From: an uncultured Chloroflexia bacterium
GTDB lineage: Bacteria; Chloroflexota; Limnocylindria; Limnocylindrales; CSP1-4
Length of the DNA: 64,000 nucleotides
NCBI GenBank assembly: GCA_963746845.1
Contig: CAVVCZ010000007.1
Location: 1 to 64,000, forward strand
Reading direction: 5' to 3'
How positions within the stretch are numbered: position 1 is the first letter of the stretch; each line of letters starts with the position of its first letter. The position numbers were made by a program, and so were the translations under genes. The notes beneath the pieces were generated by a model that searched no databases, had not been told where the DNA came from, and was given only the letters and a program-made list of their open reading frames with translations. Below, piece after piece: positions 1 through 10,500 of this stretch.

Positions 1-1190
1 AGCGCCCGCTCCCGCGCCCGCCGGAACGCCCCGACGCTCGACTCGACCATCTCATCGGTCGCCGTGAGCGAGATCCGGAACCAGCCCGGCAGCTCGACCA
101 CCGTCCCCGGCAGGACGACCGCCCCTTCCTCGGCCAGGATCGTCGCGAACGCCATGTCGTCGGGCATCGGCGCCTTCGCCATGATGTAGAACGTCCCCTC
201 GGGCGTCGTGTGCTCGTAGCCGAGCTCGTCGAGGATCGCGAGCATCCGGTCGCGCCGGCGCCCCATCGCCGGGATGTCGATCGAGAGCCCCTCGAGGTCC
301 TCGATCGCGTGCTGGAGCAGCGCATTTGGGAACAGGTAGCCGTTGGCGACCTGGGCGAGGATGATCCGGTCCCGGAGCTGGGCCCGGTCCGGCATCGTCG
401 GCGGCACCGTCAGGTAGCCGATCCGCATCCCCGGCGCCAGCAGCTGCTTCCCGTACGAGTACGTGATCATCGTGTCCGGGTAGACCTCCGCCGGGGTGTG
501 GAAGGTCCGGCCGTCGAAGAGGATCCGGTTGTACGGCTCGTCGGAGATCAGGCGGATCGGCCGGCCGATCCGGTCGGACGCCGCGGTCAGCATCGCCGCC
601 AGCCGCTCGAGGTCCGCGAGCGGGTAGACCCGGCCGCTCGGGTTGTGCGGCGTGTTCAGCAGGACCGCCCGCGTCCGCGGGGTGATCGCCGCGTCGATCG
701 CCTCGGTGTCGATGTCGAACGCCGGCGGCGACAGCGGCACCCGGACGGGGATCCCGCCGACCGCCAGGATCAGGATCTCGTAGAAGAACCACGGCGGGGT
801 GAGGAAGACGACCTCGTCGCCGGGCTCGACGATCGCCCGGATCGCCGTCGCGATCGCCGCGAAGCCGCCGTTGGTCATCGCGACATCCGCCGGGTCCCAC
901 GGGATGCCCGTCCGGGCGGTCAGCGCCTTCGCGACCGCCGCCTGCGAGTTCGACTCGGACATCTTGTAGGCGAACCAGTCCGGCGACAGCGGGTCGAGGT
1001 GCTGGTGGAGCGTCGCGACGTAGCCCGGGAGCGGCATCTCGTTCGGGTTGCCGAAGGCGAAGTTCGCGACCCCGGGCTTCCGGAGGGCCTCCCCCACCGG
1101 GCCGCCGAAGAACGACAGGAACGGGGCGACGGAGGCGAGCATCGCCCCGGTGGCGGCGGACATCGGGAGCTCGCGAGCGGGGGTGGTCAT
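1..1190 (-). CDS. PLP-dependent aminotransferase class I/II (aspartate aminotransferase-like); 3' end runs off the window
   Basis: Not in the ORF track because there is no stop inside the window. Manual translation from ATG 1190 gives FAFGNPNEMP, LLNTPHNPSGRVY, ISDEPYNRI, YSYGKQLLAPGMRIGY (PLP Lys) and GWFRISLT. Confidence 0.9.
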   Translation of the reverse strand, partial: MTTPARELPMSAATGAMLASVAPFLSFFGGPVGEALRKPGVANFAFGNPNEMPLPGYVATLHQHLDPLSPDWFAYKMSESNSQAAVAKALTARTGIPWDPADVAMTNGGFAAIATAIRAIVEPGDEVVFLTPPWFFYEILILAVGGIPVRVPLSPPAFDIDTEAIDAAITPRTRAVLLNTPHNPSGRVYPLADLERLAAMLTAASDRIGRPIRLISDEPYNRILFDGRTFHTPAEVYPDTMITYSYGKQLLAPGMRIGYLTVPPTMPDRAQLRDRIILAQVANGYLFPNALLQHAIEDLEGLSIDIPAMGRRRDRMLAILDELGYEHTTPEGTFYIMAKAPMPDDMAFATILAEEGAVVLPGTVVELPGWFRISLTATDEMVESSVGAFRRARERA

Positions 1191-1320
1191 CGGGGTCCTC
1201 GCGCTGGGCTGGTCGGTTCGGGCGGATTGGCGCCAGCGTAGTCCCGATCGCGCCGGCGGTCGTCGGGAATCGAAGAGCCGCCGAGCGATGCTCGGCGGCT
1301 CGTCTGCGAGTGCGGTGTGG

Positions 1321-1644
1321 TCAGTCGAGGGGCGAGCTCAGGAAGCCACCCACCTTGACGATGATGACCGCCGCCGCGCCGAACGAGGCGAAGGCGAGGC
1401 CGGCGAACAGCGGCCAGATCGAGGCGAACTGCGCGGCGAGCGCGGCGTCCGCCGCCGACACCGGGAGGTGGTAGGCCTCTGCGACCGGCACGGCGATCGG
1501 GAACGCGATCGCGAGGCCGACGAACGTCACGCCGGTCACGAGCAGGACGAGGACGGAGATGACGGCAATGATGGCGATGATGACGGCGGTGGCCGGCGAG
1601 GGCCCACGTCGTGCGGATCGAGGCTCGGCGAAGGAAGTGGTCAT
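1321..1644 (-). CDS. Small membrane protein of unknown function (paralog of 14617-14961)
   Basis: GGAG RBS before ATG 1644; two to three hydrophobic segments; shares the VTF..A.AF..AVP.A..Y...SA.D.A.A pattern with the 14617-14961 product. Confidence 0.7.
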   Translation of the reverse strand: MTTSFAEPRSARRGPSPATAVIIAIIAVISVLVLLVTGVTFVGLAIAFPIAVPVAEAYHLPVSAADAALAAQFASIWPLFAGLAFASFGAAAVIIVKVGGFLSSPLD

Positions 1645-1764
1645 GGCGTCTCCGGAAGGGCTTGCAGCATGGGTTCTGAGGTCCCCAGCATCGGCGACGA
1701 GAGGCCGCGCCACCATCGTCATCCGGCCGCACCTGCCATGTGCGGATTGTCCCGAATCGCGGCC

Positions 1765-1970
1765 CTAGCCCGGCCGCGACGCGCGAATCGCGTCGAGATC
1801 CTTGAGGTCGAGCGCCGGGCGGAAGTCGAGGATCTCCGACCGGCGATGCGCCGAACAACCTCGTCGAGGGCCGCGTGGACGGTGTCAACCACTCGGGTCG
1901 TCCCGAGCGCAGACGCGGCCTCGGCCACGAGTGCGACATCCAGGTTCAACGTCGTGCGCTTGCGCGTCAC
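1765..1970 (-). CDS. VapB-like antitoxin, orphan, with a probable 1-nt frameshift near 1848
   Basis: MTRKRTTLNLDVALVAEAASALGTTRVVDTVHAALDEVVRR is a typical VapB N-terminus. A shifted frame gives SEILDFRPALDLKDLDAIRASRPG-stop at 1765. Confidence 0.6.
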
Positions 1971-2100
1971 GGAACGTTACTCCGTGCGTGGTACACCTTT
2001 CGCTCGTTCGGGGCTCCGATCACTGGCAGAATGCACGCTTCACCCCGGCGGTGAGCTGAGGGACCAACCCGGTACGAGCCCGAAGGAGCGAGCGGGTGCG

Positions 2101-3942
2101 ATGAGGGGCCTCGATCCGCGAGCGCGCGCGCGGGCCGTGGCCGCGGCCACCGTCATGGTCGCGGTCCTGCTCGTCGGCGGACTCGTCCCGACCGCCACCG
2201 CCCAGACGCCGGACCGATCCGACGTCGTCCTCGAGTACGACTTCTCCGCCTCGATCCTCCAGGACGCGGCGACCCGCAACCGGTTCGCAGCCGCGCTGGA
2301 CCGGATCGCCGCCCGCGTCGACCTGATCTCGAACGATCTCATCGCCGGCGACACCACCATGTCGATCCTCTGGTTCGCGACGCGCGCCGCCGACTACCCG
2401 GGCTGTGTGGACATCCAGCTGCTGAACAGCCCGGACAACGTCGGTCATTTCGCGGACTGCCTCCGCTTCGTCGCCGCGCAGTACCGCAAGGGCCTGACGA
2501 CCGCCCGGACGAAGGCGCTCGGCGTCGACACGAACTACGTCGCCGCCATGCAACAGGCGGCGAAGCACCTTCCGGCGAACGCGGAGCGCCCCGCGGTGAT
2601 CCTGTTCACCGACGGCAAGCACGACGTCAAGGGCGTGCCGGCGTCCCTCGTCCAGCCGACCCGCGACCGGCTCTTCGGCGCCCGGACGCCGTTCGCCCTC
2701 CTGCCGGTCGGGATGGGCATCGACCCGAAGCAGCGCCGCGCGCTCACGGACGGTCTCGAGCGGTTGCGCATCACCCGCGACATGCCCCCCTGTGTCAGCG
2801 GCGCCACGTTCGACTGGCCCACCGTGTCGTTCGACTCGGCCGATCGGGCGGGCAACGCCGTCGCCGTCGCGCTCCAGGACGCGACGTGCACATTCACGGT
2901 CGCGCCGACCCCGACGCCCCCACCGGCTCCCACGCCGGCCGCCGTCTCGAACATCCACCTCACCGCCGGCGACGCGCGGATCGAGCTCGCCTGGACGCCG
3001 GCCGCCGCGACCGCCGGCTCGGCCGGGGCGTCGGCGCCGCCCGCCACCGGCTACCAGGCACGCTGCCGGCCCCAAGGCGGGAGTGGCGACTGGGTCGTAT
3101 CGGCAGCGAGCGGGACGAAGGCGACGGCCGTCATCGAGGGACTCACGAACGGCCAGGCCTACGAGTGCGAGGTGTCCGCGGTCGGGGCCACGAACACAGG
3201 CGACTGGACGGCCGCGTCCGACACCGCGACACCGGTCGGGCGACCGGCGACGCCCCCGAAGCCGACCGTCGAGGGGCTCAACGCCGCTGTCCGGATCGCC
3301 GAACCGGCCGGCGCGCCGGGCGTGGACCGCTACCTGTACGAGTGCTCGGCCGACAACGGCGCGACGTGGCCGGCCACGGTCGACGCGGCGGCAGAGGATC
3401 CGTCGACGGAGCTGACCGACCTGACGAACGGCACCGAGTACGTCTGTCGCGCATCCGCGAAGAACGCGGTCGGCGTGAGCGACGTGTCGCCGGTGTCGGA
3501 CTCGGTCCGCCCGTGCGGCTCGGCGCTCCAGTGCAACCCGCTCATCCTGCCGATCGTCGGTGGGATCACGGCCGTGCTGCTCGGCGCGATCCTGCTGATG
3601 ATGCTCGCCGTCATCCGCGGCCGGCCGAAGGGCCACGTCGTCGCGGTGGTGGACGTCGTCCACACCGCGAACGTCGGGCACGGCTCGAAGCTCGGGATCG
3701 CGTTCACACGTGGGCCGGACCACCGGACGGTCACGAGCATCGTCGCCGACACGGGCCGGAAGGCCGAAGTCCGGATCAGCCGGCTCCGGGGCGACCGGTT
3801 CGAGGTCCGTGACCGGGTCGGCAAGCACATGGTGGCCGACGGCGACGCAGTGGTGATCATCGATGGGGTCGGGGTCCGCCACTCGCTGGTCCTGCGCGCG
3901 TTCGCGACGAACGCGGCCTCGGAGGTCGCGCGGGGGCGCTGA
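2101..3942 (+). CDS. Membrane-anchored VWA plus 2x fibronectin type III surface protein
   Basis: Signal peptide; MIDAS motif DFSAS plus TNY and LFTDG; Pro/Thr linker; FN3 repeats (GLTNGQAYECEVSA, LTNGTEYVCRASA); TM helix and a ~100-aa cytoplasmic tail; AAGGAG upstream. Confidence 0.85.
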   Translation: MRGLDPRARARAVAAATVMVAVLLVGGLVPTATAQTPDRSDVVLEYDFSASILQDAATRNRFAAALDRIAARVDLISNDLIAGDTTMSILWFATRAADYPGCVDIQLLNSPDNVGHFADCLRFVAAQYRKGLTTARTKALGVDTNYVAAMQQAAKHLPANAERPAVILFTDGKHDVKGVPASLVQPTRDRLFGARTPFALLPVGMGIDPKQRRALTDGLERLRITRDMPPCVSGATFDWPTVSFDSADRAGNAVAVALQDATCTFTVAPTPTPPPAPTPAAVSNIHLTAGDARIELAWTPAAATAGSAGASAPPATGYQARCRPQGGSGDWVVSAASGTKATAVIEGLTNGQAYECEVSAVGATNTGDWTAASDTATPVGRPATPPKPTVEGLNAAVRIAEPAGAPGVDRYLYECSADNGATWPATVDAAAEDPSTELTDLTNGTEYVCRASAKNAVGVSDVSPVSDSVRPCGSALQCNPLILPIVGGITAVLLGAILLMMLAVIRGRPKGHVVAVVDVVHTANVGHGSKLGIAFTRGPDHRTVTSIVADTGRKAEVRISRLRGDRFEVRDRVGKHMVADGDAVVIIDGVGVRHSLVLRAFATNAASEVARGR

Positions 3943-4035
3943 TCCGGCGGCGCTTTCGCGGCCGGGCAGGCCCTACTACCGGGGTGGCCCGATTCGGTGG
4001 TAGATGGGGCTCCCTCGCGCGCGTAGGGTCGCGTC

Positions 4036-5229
4036 GTGGACCGGTCCACGCGTCGGCTTGGCATGCCCGATGGCCTTCCCGTCGTCGGCTTGTTCGGCGG
4101 CGCCGTCGTCCTGGCCGCGATCGGTGTCGCGGACGGGATCGGATCCGGCGTCACGGGCCTCGGGCTCGTCTCCGGGATCGTGCTGGTCAGCCTGACCACC
4201 GTCCTCGCCTCGGGCCTCGTCCTCGTCCGTCGCCTCCACGACGCGACCGCCACTCTCGAGCAGACGAGCCGCGAGGCGGACGAGTCCGCGACCCGTCTGC
4301 AGGTCCTCGTCGAGCACGTCCCGGCCGCGGTCTACATCGACATGGCCGACCCCGACGTCACCGACGGCGGCCGCCTCGCCTACATGAGCCCACAGATCAC
4401 GGGCATGCTCGGTTTCCGACCGGACGAGTTCGTCAACGATCCGGAGCTCTGGCCGAGCCGCGTCCACCCCGAGGACCGCGACGCCGCCCTCGCGGCGTAC
4501 GAGGCGCACTGGCGGACGGGCGAGCCGATCCGGGCCGAGTATCGGATGCTCGCCCGTGACGGCACCGAGGTCTGGGTCCGCGACGAGGCCTACGCGGTGC
4601 CCGACGACACCGAGAGCGGCCGACGGGTCTCGCAGGGCCTGCTCGTCGACGTGACCGACCGCAAGCGGCTCGAGTCGAAGCTCATCCACGACGCCCTGCA
4701 CGATCCACTCACCGGGCTCGCGAACCGGGTGCTCCTGCGCGACCACCTCGAGCGGGCGCTGGCACGGCGCGGACGGACGCCCGGGACGGTCGCCCTGCTG
4801 TTCGTGGACCTCGACGACTTCAAGCGGGTCAACGACTCGTTCGGCCACGCGGCCGGCGACGAGATCCTGTGCCGGGTGTCGGAGCGGCTCGTCGGCGCGG
4901 TCCGGGGCGACGATGTGGTCGGCCGCCAGAGCGGCGACGAGTTCGCGGTCATCCTCGGCCAGGTCAACACCGACGAGGAGGCGATCGCCGCGGCGGAGCG
5001 GATCCTGCGCGAGCTGCGCCGGCCGATCCAGCTCGGCGCCCGCTCGATCGTCGTCGGCGGCTCGATCGGGATCGCCCTCGCCGCGGACCGCGACGCGGCC
5101 ACGGACGACCTGCTGATCCAGGCCGACGCCGCGATGTACGCGGCGAAGGCGTCCGGCAAGAACCGTCACGCCTTCTACGACGGGCGGATGCCAACGCGGA
5201 CGTGGAGCGAGCTCGAAGCAGCCGGCTAG
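4036..5229 (+). CDS. Membrane-bound PAS/PAC diguanylate cyclase (SGDEF variant)
   Basis: Two TM helices, PAS_3 (SRVHPEDR, WVRD), HDPLTGLANR, DLDDFKRVNDSFGH, RGDD I-site five residues before SGDEF. Confidence 0.9.
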   Translation: MDRSTRRLGMPDGLPVVGLFGGAVVLAAIGVADGIGSGVTGLGLVSGIVLVSLTTVLASGLVLVRRLHDATATLEQTSREADESATRLQVLVEHVPAAVYIDMADPDVTDGGRLAYMSPQITGMLGFRPDEFVNDPELWPSRVHPEDRDAALAAYEAHWRTGEPIRAEYRMLARDGTEVWVRDEAYAVPDDTESGRRVSQGLLVDVTDRKRLESKLIHDALHDPLTGLANRVLLRDHLERALARRGRTPGTVALLFVDLDDFKRVNDSFGHAAGDEILCRVSERLVGAVRGDDVVGRQSGDEFAVILGQVNTDEEAIAAAERILRELRRPIQLGARSIVVGGSIGIALAADRDAATDDLLIQADAAMYAAKASGKNRHAFYDGRMPTRTWSELEAAG

Positions 5230-5275
5230 GACCGGATGTCGACCGTCACGGTCCCTGTGGTCACGACGTTGCCGA

Positions 5276-5554
5276 TCACCGATCGAGGGTCCGGTAGGTA
5301 CTCTCCGAGCGACGGGCGACCCTCAGGATCACCACGAGGCGCGACCCGTCGTCGACGACGTAGATGACTCGCAGGTCCCCGACGCGGAGGCGCCAGAACT
5401 CGGTACCGGCAAGCTTGGTCACCCCGGGCGGACGCGGGTCGATCGAGAGGGACAGGATCGGGCCCCGAAGTCGAGCCGCCTCGCCTGGTGGAAGGTGGCG
5501 CAGCTGGCGCTGGGCGGCTGGCGCGATGTCGACGCGGTGACCCTGCCGGCTCAC
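5276..5554 (-). CDS. RelE/ParE family type II toxin
   Basis: DPRPPGVTKLAG..WRLRVGDLRVIY signature; overlaps the antitoxin stop. Confidence 0.88.
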   Translation of the reverse strand: MSRQGHRVDIAPAAQRQLRHLPPGEAARLRGPILSLSIDPRPPGVTKLAGTEFWRLRVGDLRVIYVVDDGSRLVVILRVARRSESTYRTLDR

Positions 5555-5808
5555 TCCTCATTCGTGCCGTACGCGGCGCGCGTCTCGGCGGCGAGCGTCC
5601 CGAAGAACGACTCGGCCGCCTCGCCGCCATCTCGACGGTATTCGGCAAGGGCCGCCTGCGCCGACTCGAGATCCTCCTTGGTCTCCGCCGCCTCGAGCCA
5701 GGCCCGGATCGCCTCGTCGACGATCTCGCGGACGCTTCGATCCGATCGCGCGGCCTCGACCTTCACGGCCCGGTAGATGTCGTCCGGGAGATCGATGGTG
5801 ACCTTCAT
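5551..5808 (-). CDS. Ribbon-helix-helix antitoxin
   Basis: MKVTIDLPDDIYRAVKVEAA...SVREIVDEAIRAWL with an acidic C-terminus, directly upstream of the RelE-like toxin. Confidence 0.85.
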   Translation of the reverse strand: MKVTIDLPDDIYRAVKVEAARSDRSVREIVDEAIRAWLEAAETKEDLESAQAALAEYRRDGGEAAESFFGTLAAETRAAYGTNEE

Positions 5809-5815
5809 CTCACCA

Positions 5816-5843
5816 AGGATACCAGGAAGCTGGGTTCCTGCAA
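5816..5843 (-). promoter_or_regulatory. Putative leaderless TA promoter with palindromic operator
   Basis: Minus strand reads TTGCAG-N16-TATCCT ending about 7 nt before the ATG; inverted repeat CAGGAA-N6-TTCCTG (5823-5840) overlaps it. Confidence 0.55.
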
Positions 5844-5979
5844 GGACCCGTTTGCGACGGATGTCGCATGCGGTTGTCGACGAACAGGCCTGGTTGCGCG
5901 GAAGCGCAAGTGGTGTCCTTGGTCGCGGGTCGAGCGTGAGACGCATGTGGACCCACGGCAGACGACAAGGAACCCTGCG

Positions 5980-6159
5980 ATGTCCCAGACCCGATCCGCA
6001 CGCCGCGGCCACATCGACCCGCTGATCGCCCTCGCGCTCGGCGGCCTCGCGATCGTGCTCTTCGTCAGCGCGATCGTCGTCACGCGCCCGCTCCCGACGA
6101 CCTCCGCCGCGACCGCCGGCCTGCCGACCGCCCAGGTCCTCGTCCGAACCCTCGACTGA
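5980..6159 (+). CDS. Small single-TM hypothetical protein (59 aa)
   Basis: AAGGA RBS before ATG 5980; hydrophobic stretch PLIALALGGLAIVLFVSAIVV. Confidence 0.6.
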   Translation: MSQTRSARRGHIDPLIALALGGLAIVLFVSAIVVTRPLPTTSAATAGLPTAQVLVRTLD

Positions 6160-6180
6160 CCTCGGGCCTGGCCCTCGACC

Positions 6181-7518
6181 TCAGGACGCGGCCAGGAGCT
6201 GGTCTGCGAACCCTTCGAGCGACCTGGCCACCCTGGCCAACGGTTCCATCAGGGCGGGCGTGCACGCCTGGCCGCAACGGACGGCGAACGCCGCCGCATC
6301 CCGCAGCCGCTCCTCCATCAGGATCCAGGCGGCCTCCCGGTGCGGCAACAGGTAGTCGACCGAGTAGAACAGCTCGAACCCCGGACCGGCGGTGGCACCC
6401 GGCATGTCCCAGCCGACCGGCTGGGTCGTCACGACGGAGCCGAGCGGCTTGACCGCCGCGTACATCAGCCCGACCGAGACATCCGCGAGGACCTTGAGCT
6501 GCTCGGGCGTCTCGTCCGTGTGGGCGAAGTAGCGCGAGAGGAGCTGGAGGAGGACCTCGTAGACGACGTTGAGGAGGTCCATCGTCCGCGTCGTGCCGGG
6601 GTCGCTGATGAGCGGCATCGGCACCCCGGTTGCCTGGGGTCGGACGTTCGCCGCCACGACCGGCCGGGCGGGCTCGAAGTCCGGGTCTGCGCGCTTCAGC
6701 GCGAGGTACTCGTCGAGGACGGCGAGGAGCCGCCCGAAGTGGGCGTCGCGCCACTCGCCCAGCGCCCCCTCCCCCTGCTCGACGATCGTGTCGATCGCCT
6801 GCCGTGCGGTCGCCAGGTCCGTGACCGCGACCAGCTCCTCCCATCGGAAGTGCTCCGCTGTCGCCTGCGCGTTCGTCGGACCGATGAACAGGCGCCCGGG
6901 ACCGAGCCGGCCCTCGAGGTGTTCCAGGCCGGCGCCGATCGACCGGTAGAGCTGGCCGATCGTGTCGAACTCCTGCAGGTGCGGGACGATCTCGTCCTCC
7001 TCGTCGTGCGGCAGCGCGACGGCCTGTTCGATCGCCGCGAACCCCTCGGCGTCCTCGACGTCCATGCCCTCCGGCCGCTCGAGGAACGCGAAGTGCCGGA
7101 GCGCCGCCTCGCCGAACGGCAGGAGCTCGATCCGGACGCCCGCCGGGTAGCTGTAGGCCGGCATCGGGAAGTTCGGACGGGCGAGACGCGGGGCGGCGCC
7201 GACGGCCGTCAGGAGGTTCTGGACGAGGGCGAGGTGGAGCATCTCCTGCTCGCCGATGCTCAGCAGCGTCTTGCGCCAGCCCTGGATCGCGGTCAGCTGG
7301 TCCGCGCTGACCCCCTCGCCGACCTTCTGCTTGAGCGAGAACGCCGCGAACAGGTACTGGAGCATGATGAGGTGCTCGAGCTCGGCGGCCTTGCCCAGGG
7401 TGTAGATGAGCGCTTCCCGGTGTTCGAGCCCGGAGCCGTGCTCGCCGCCCTGGCCCCCGCGAACCGCGAGCACGTTGGCAAGCGGTCCGTGCGGGACCGG
7501 CGAGGCGTTCTCGATCAT
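6181..7518 (-). CDS. Ferritin-like domain protein (VioB/PF12902-like)
   Basis: AAELEH..MLQYLFAAFSL, EQEMLHLALVQNLL, TIGQLY, IVEQGEG and AHFGRL di-metal-type motifs. Confidence 0.85.
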   Translation of the reverse strand: MIENASPVPHGPLANVLAVRGGQGGEHGSGLEHREALIYTLGKAAELEHLIMLQYLFAAFSLKQKVGEGVSADQLTAIQGWRKTLLSIGEQEMLHLALVQNLLTAVGAAPRLARPNFPMPAYSYPAGVRIELLPFGEAALRHFAFLERPEGMDVEDAEGFAAIEQAVALPHDEEDEIVPHLQEFDTIGQLYRSIGAGLEHLEGRLGPGRLFIGPTNAQATAEHFRWEELVAVTDLATARQAIDTIVEQGEGALGEWRDAHFGRLLAVLDEYLALKRADPDFEPARPVVAANVRPQATGVPMPLISDPGTTRTMDLLNVVYEVLLQLLSRYFAHTDETPEQLKVLADVSVGLMYAAVKPLGSVVTTQPVGWDMPGATAGPGFELFYSVDYLLPHREAAWILMEERLRDAAAFAVRCGQACTPALMEPLARVARSLEGFADQLLAAS

Positions 7519-7594
7519 GCGCGGCGTCCTTCCGATGCGAGGGGCGATCGGAGCCTACGCCAAGTATCGATCGAGGGTCTGGCGGCGCGGAAGC

Positions 7595-10500
7595 TTACGG
7601 GCGAGCCGGAGCGGCGGGAGCGTTGTCGTCGACCAGCTCGTCGATGGTGCCCGGAAGGGACACCGAGAACGAGTACCTGGCGACTCGCGGGATCCACGGC
7701 CGGAGCTGGGCAAGCGTTCGTGGCGCGATCGGACTCGCGCCGATCCGGGTCAGGCCCTCGCACAGGTCCTCCCACTCGCCACCGCGGACCGAGGGATCCA
7801 GGATCGGGGATTCCGGGCCGATCTGGCAGGTCTGGACGAAGCTCGCCCAGGTCGTCGCCGGATCCTTGCTGGCGTCGGCAAGCCGAAGGAGCAGCTGCGG
7901 TGCGACGTTCGGATAGCCGGACACGACCGACAGGAGGAGGAGCGCGTCCCGGTAGCTGCCGGGCGCCTCGCGCGTCCCTTCGAAGATCGGCCGCTCGTCC
8001 GCCGCGATCGTGCTGCGGATGAGCCGATACGTGTTCACGAAGCGCTTCGTCGCTCGGGGTGTCCGGAACAGCGGCGACAACCGCTGCATGTCCTCGACCT
8101 CCCACCGGTTGAAGACCAGCCGCTCGATCTCGAGGTCCGGGACGGGCGGCGGCTTGATGTCCGGAGCCGGCGCTCCGTCATTGGGCGTCGGGCCGGGGAC
8201 ATCCGGGTCGGGGAGTGATGAACGGGGTTCGAGGGCGTCACTGCCCGATGGGGAATCGGGTCCGTAGCCACCGGGAAGCGGGCCCTCGACCGCGACGTCC
8301 TGGCCGACGAGATCACCGACGAGTCCCACGAACCCCTGATCCTTGATCGGTCGCAGATAGAACGGGATCTGGAAGATCTTCTCGAGGTAGTCCTGCGGGG
8401 TCGACATCCGGGTGAGTCCTTCCGAGATTCCGGACGGAGCCGGAGGCTGGCCCGAGAGCAGCTCGCGGTACTGGTCCTCGAGACAGCGACGCAGCCAGCG
8501 CGGGTCGACGGCGACCACGACGACGAAAAGCCGGAATGCCAACAGGAGATGGACGGCCTCGAGGACTTCGATCACGCGCCGCGGCTTGCACCGATCGAGG
8601 TCGTCGATGTAGAGGACGATCCGGTCGATCGGGATCTCCTTCGGATCGTCGGCGGTCGGCGGATCCGTCGCGTTCGGCGGGTCCGGCGGGTCGGTCGGCG
8701 TTGCCTGTTGGGCGGGCTCGCCCGTCGACTGCGCGGGGGCGGCCGCCTCGAGCTCGATCCGTCGCTCCCGCTGTTCCATCAGCTCGCTCAGGCGCTCGAA
8801 GTCGCGCCGGATCAGCGAGACGAGCCCGACCCGCGACGAGTAGGCCTGGCTGGTCACTCGCTCCTCGAGGAAGCGATGGATCTGACGAGCCGGCTCCAGA
8901 TCGTCACGGCTGGTCTCCAGCTCGCGGACCCGGGCCTCCGCCATCCGCGCCCGTTCCTCCAGCCGGGCCTGTTCGGCGACGGCAGCGTCCCGAGCCTGCT
9001 CCTGGGCCTCGACGATCGCCTTCGCCTGCGCGTGCTCCGCCGCCTCGATCCGGGCCGAGGCGGCCTCGAAGGCGGCGATCAGGCCGCCGACCTTCGAGAT
9101 GTACGGGCCCAGCGCGATGACGAAGCCGACGATCGCGGTGACGAGCGGGACGAGCGCCGACCAGCCGATCGCCCGGGTCAGGACGATCGCCGCGACGGTC
9201 GGAGCCGCGACGATGAGCGTCAAGGACGCCGCTCGGCGCAGGCGATCCCGACGGCTGCCCCGGCCGAGCTGCTCGATCAGCCACTTCCAGAGACGGGCGA
9301 GCCGGGCCGGCCAGGTGCTGACCTCGGCGATCGGCTGCTGCAGCTCCTTGAGCATCGCGTCGCTCGACGGCTGCCCGACCTGGGTCGCAAGCTCGCCGAC
9401 CTGGCGCATCACCTCCGGGTCTGCCGCAACCGCGTCCTTGGCCGCGGCGAGGGCCAGCTTCGGGTTCGGCTCCGGCACGCTCGCGGCGTTCCTGGCGGTC
9501 TCGAGTGCCGCGGTCGCCGCCTCGCTGCGCTTCCTGGCTGCCGCCAGCTCCGACTGGGATTCGTTGAACAGCCCGTTGGCATCGGTGAGCTCGCTCTGGA
9601 TCGTCGCCCGGATCTCGTCGCCGGTCGGCTCCCCGGAGACCGCGTTGAACAGCTCCTCGAGGATCTCCGAGACGAGGCTCGCCCAGAGGTTGGCATCCAG
9701 GTAATGCCACGCGTTGAACCGGATCTGGACGACGCTCGAGCAGAACGGCGAGCTGGTGCCACGCTCCGCCGCTTCGCTCGCGCGATGCGCGATCTGCTCC
9801 TGCAGCCGCTCCATGAAGAAGCTCTTGCCGCTGCCCCAGTCGCCGAACAGGCCGAACGCCAGCGGTGGCTTGACGGCTCGAGCCGTGATCAGGCTGGCGA
9901 TCGCCTTGACGTCCGGCGTGATCCCGAGCCGGTCGATGCCGAGCAGGCCGTCGGATTGATATCCCGCGAGGCTCGACGCAGACGACAACAGCCGGATCGC
10001 CCAGATCTGATCGACGATGGCAGCGACATCCGCGTACGGCCACGTGGCGAAGCCCTTGCGTCCCCAGCGCGGCCCCCAGGAGTTCTGGACGAGGAACCCC
10101 TGGTCGTTGTAGCCGGCAATCGCGAATGCGTGGCCGCCCAACGTCTGACGGTTGCGATCCGAGGTCCGGATGACCGCGACCGAGCCTCCCTGGGGGCTTC
10201 TGACCGCAACCGGCTTCTCCCAGGCCTTGGTGATCGCCGCGGCAACGACCACGGGTCCGTCGCGGACCAGGGCGGCCTGGATCGCGGGGATGTCCACCGG
10301 CACCGGGACGATCTCGGCCGGTCGGTTGCGCGCGGCCTCGACGGCCAGCTCGTCCGGAATGGTGGTCAGGCTGTCGAGGCCAAGACGCTTCCAGGTGGCT
10401 TCCGAGCAGACGCCGTGCAGGCGGAGTCCGCGGAGCGCGGCCGCGAGGGTCGTCCCCTCGATCTGATCGGGTGGGTCCTTGGGGAACAGGTCGTACTTCC

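Noticed and set aside
52-1241. ORFs 52-900 (-) and 210-1241 (+)
   Set aside because: Shadow frames of the aminotransferase, which the ORF track omits because it has no stop within the window.
1048-2100. N-terminal 350 aa of the 964-aa ORF
   Set aside because: Antisense read-through of two real minus-strand genes; the signal peptide and RBS place the start at 2101.
5845-5975. Possible c-di-GMP or other riboswitch near the cyclase
   Set aside because: No recognisable conserved riboswitch motifs by eye; an Rfam/Infernal scan would be needed.
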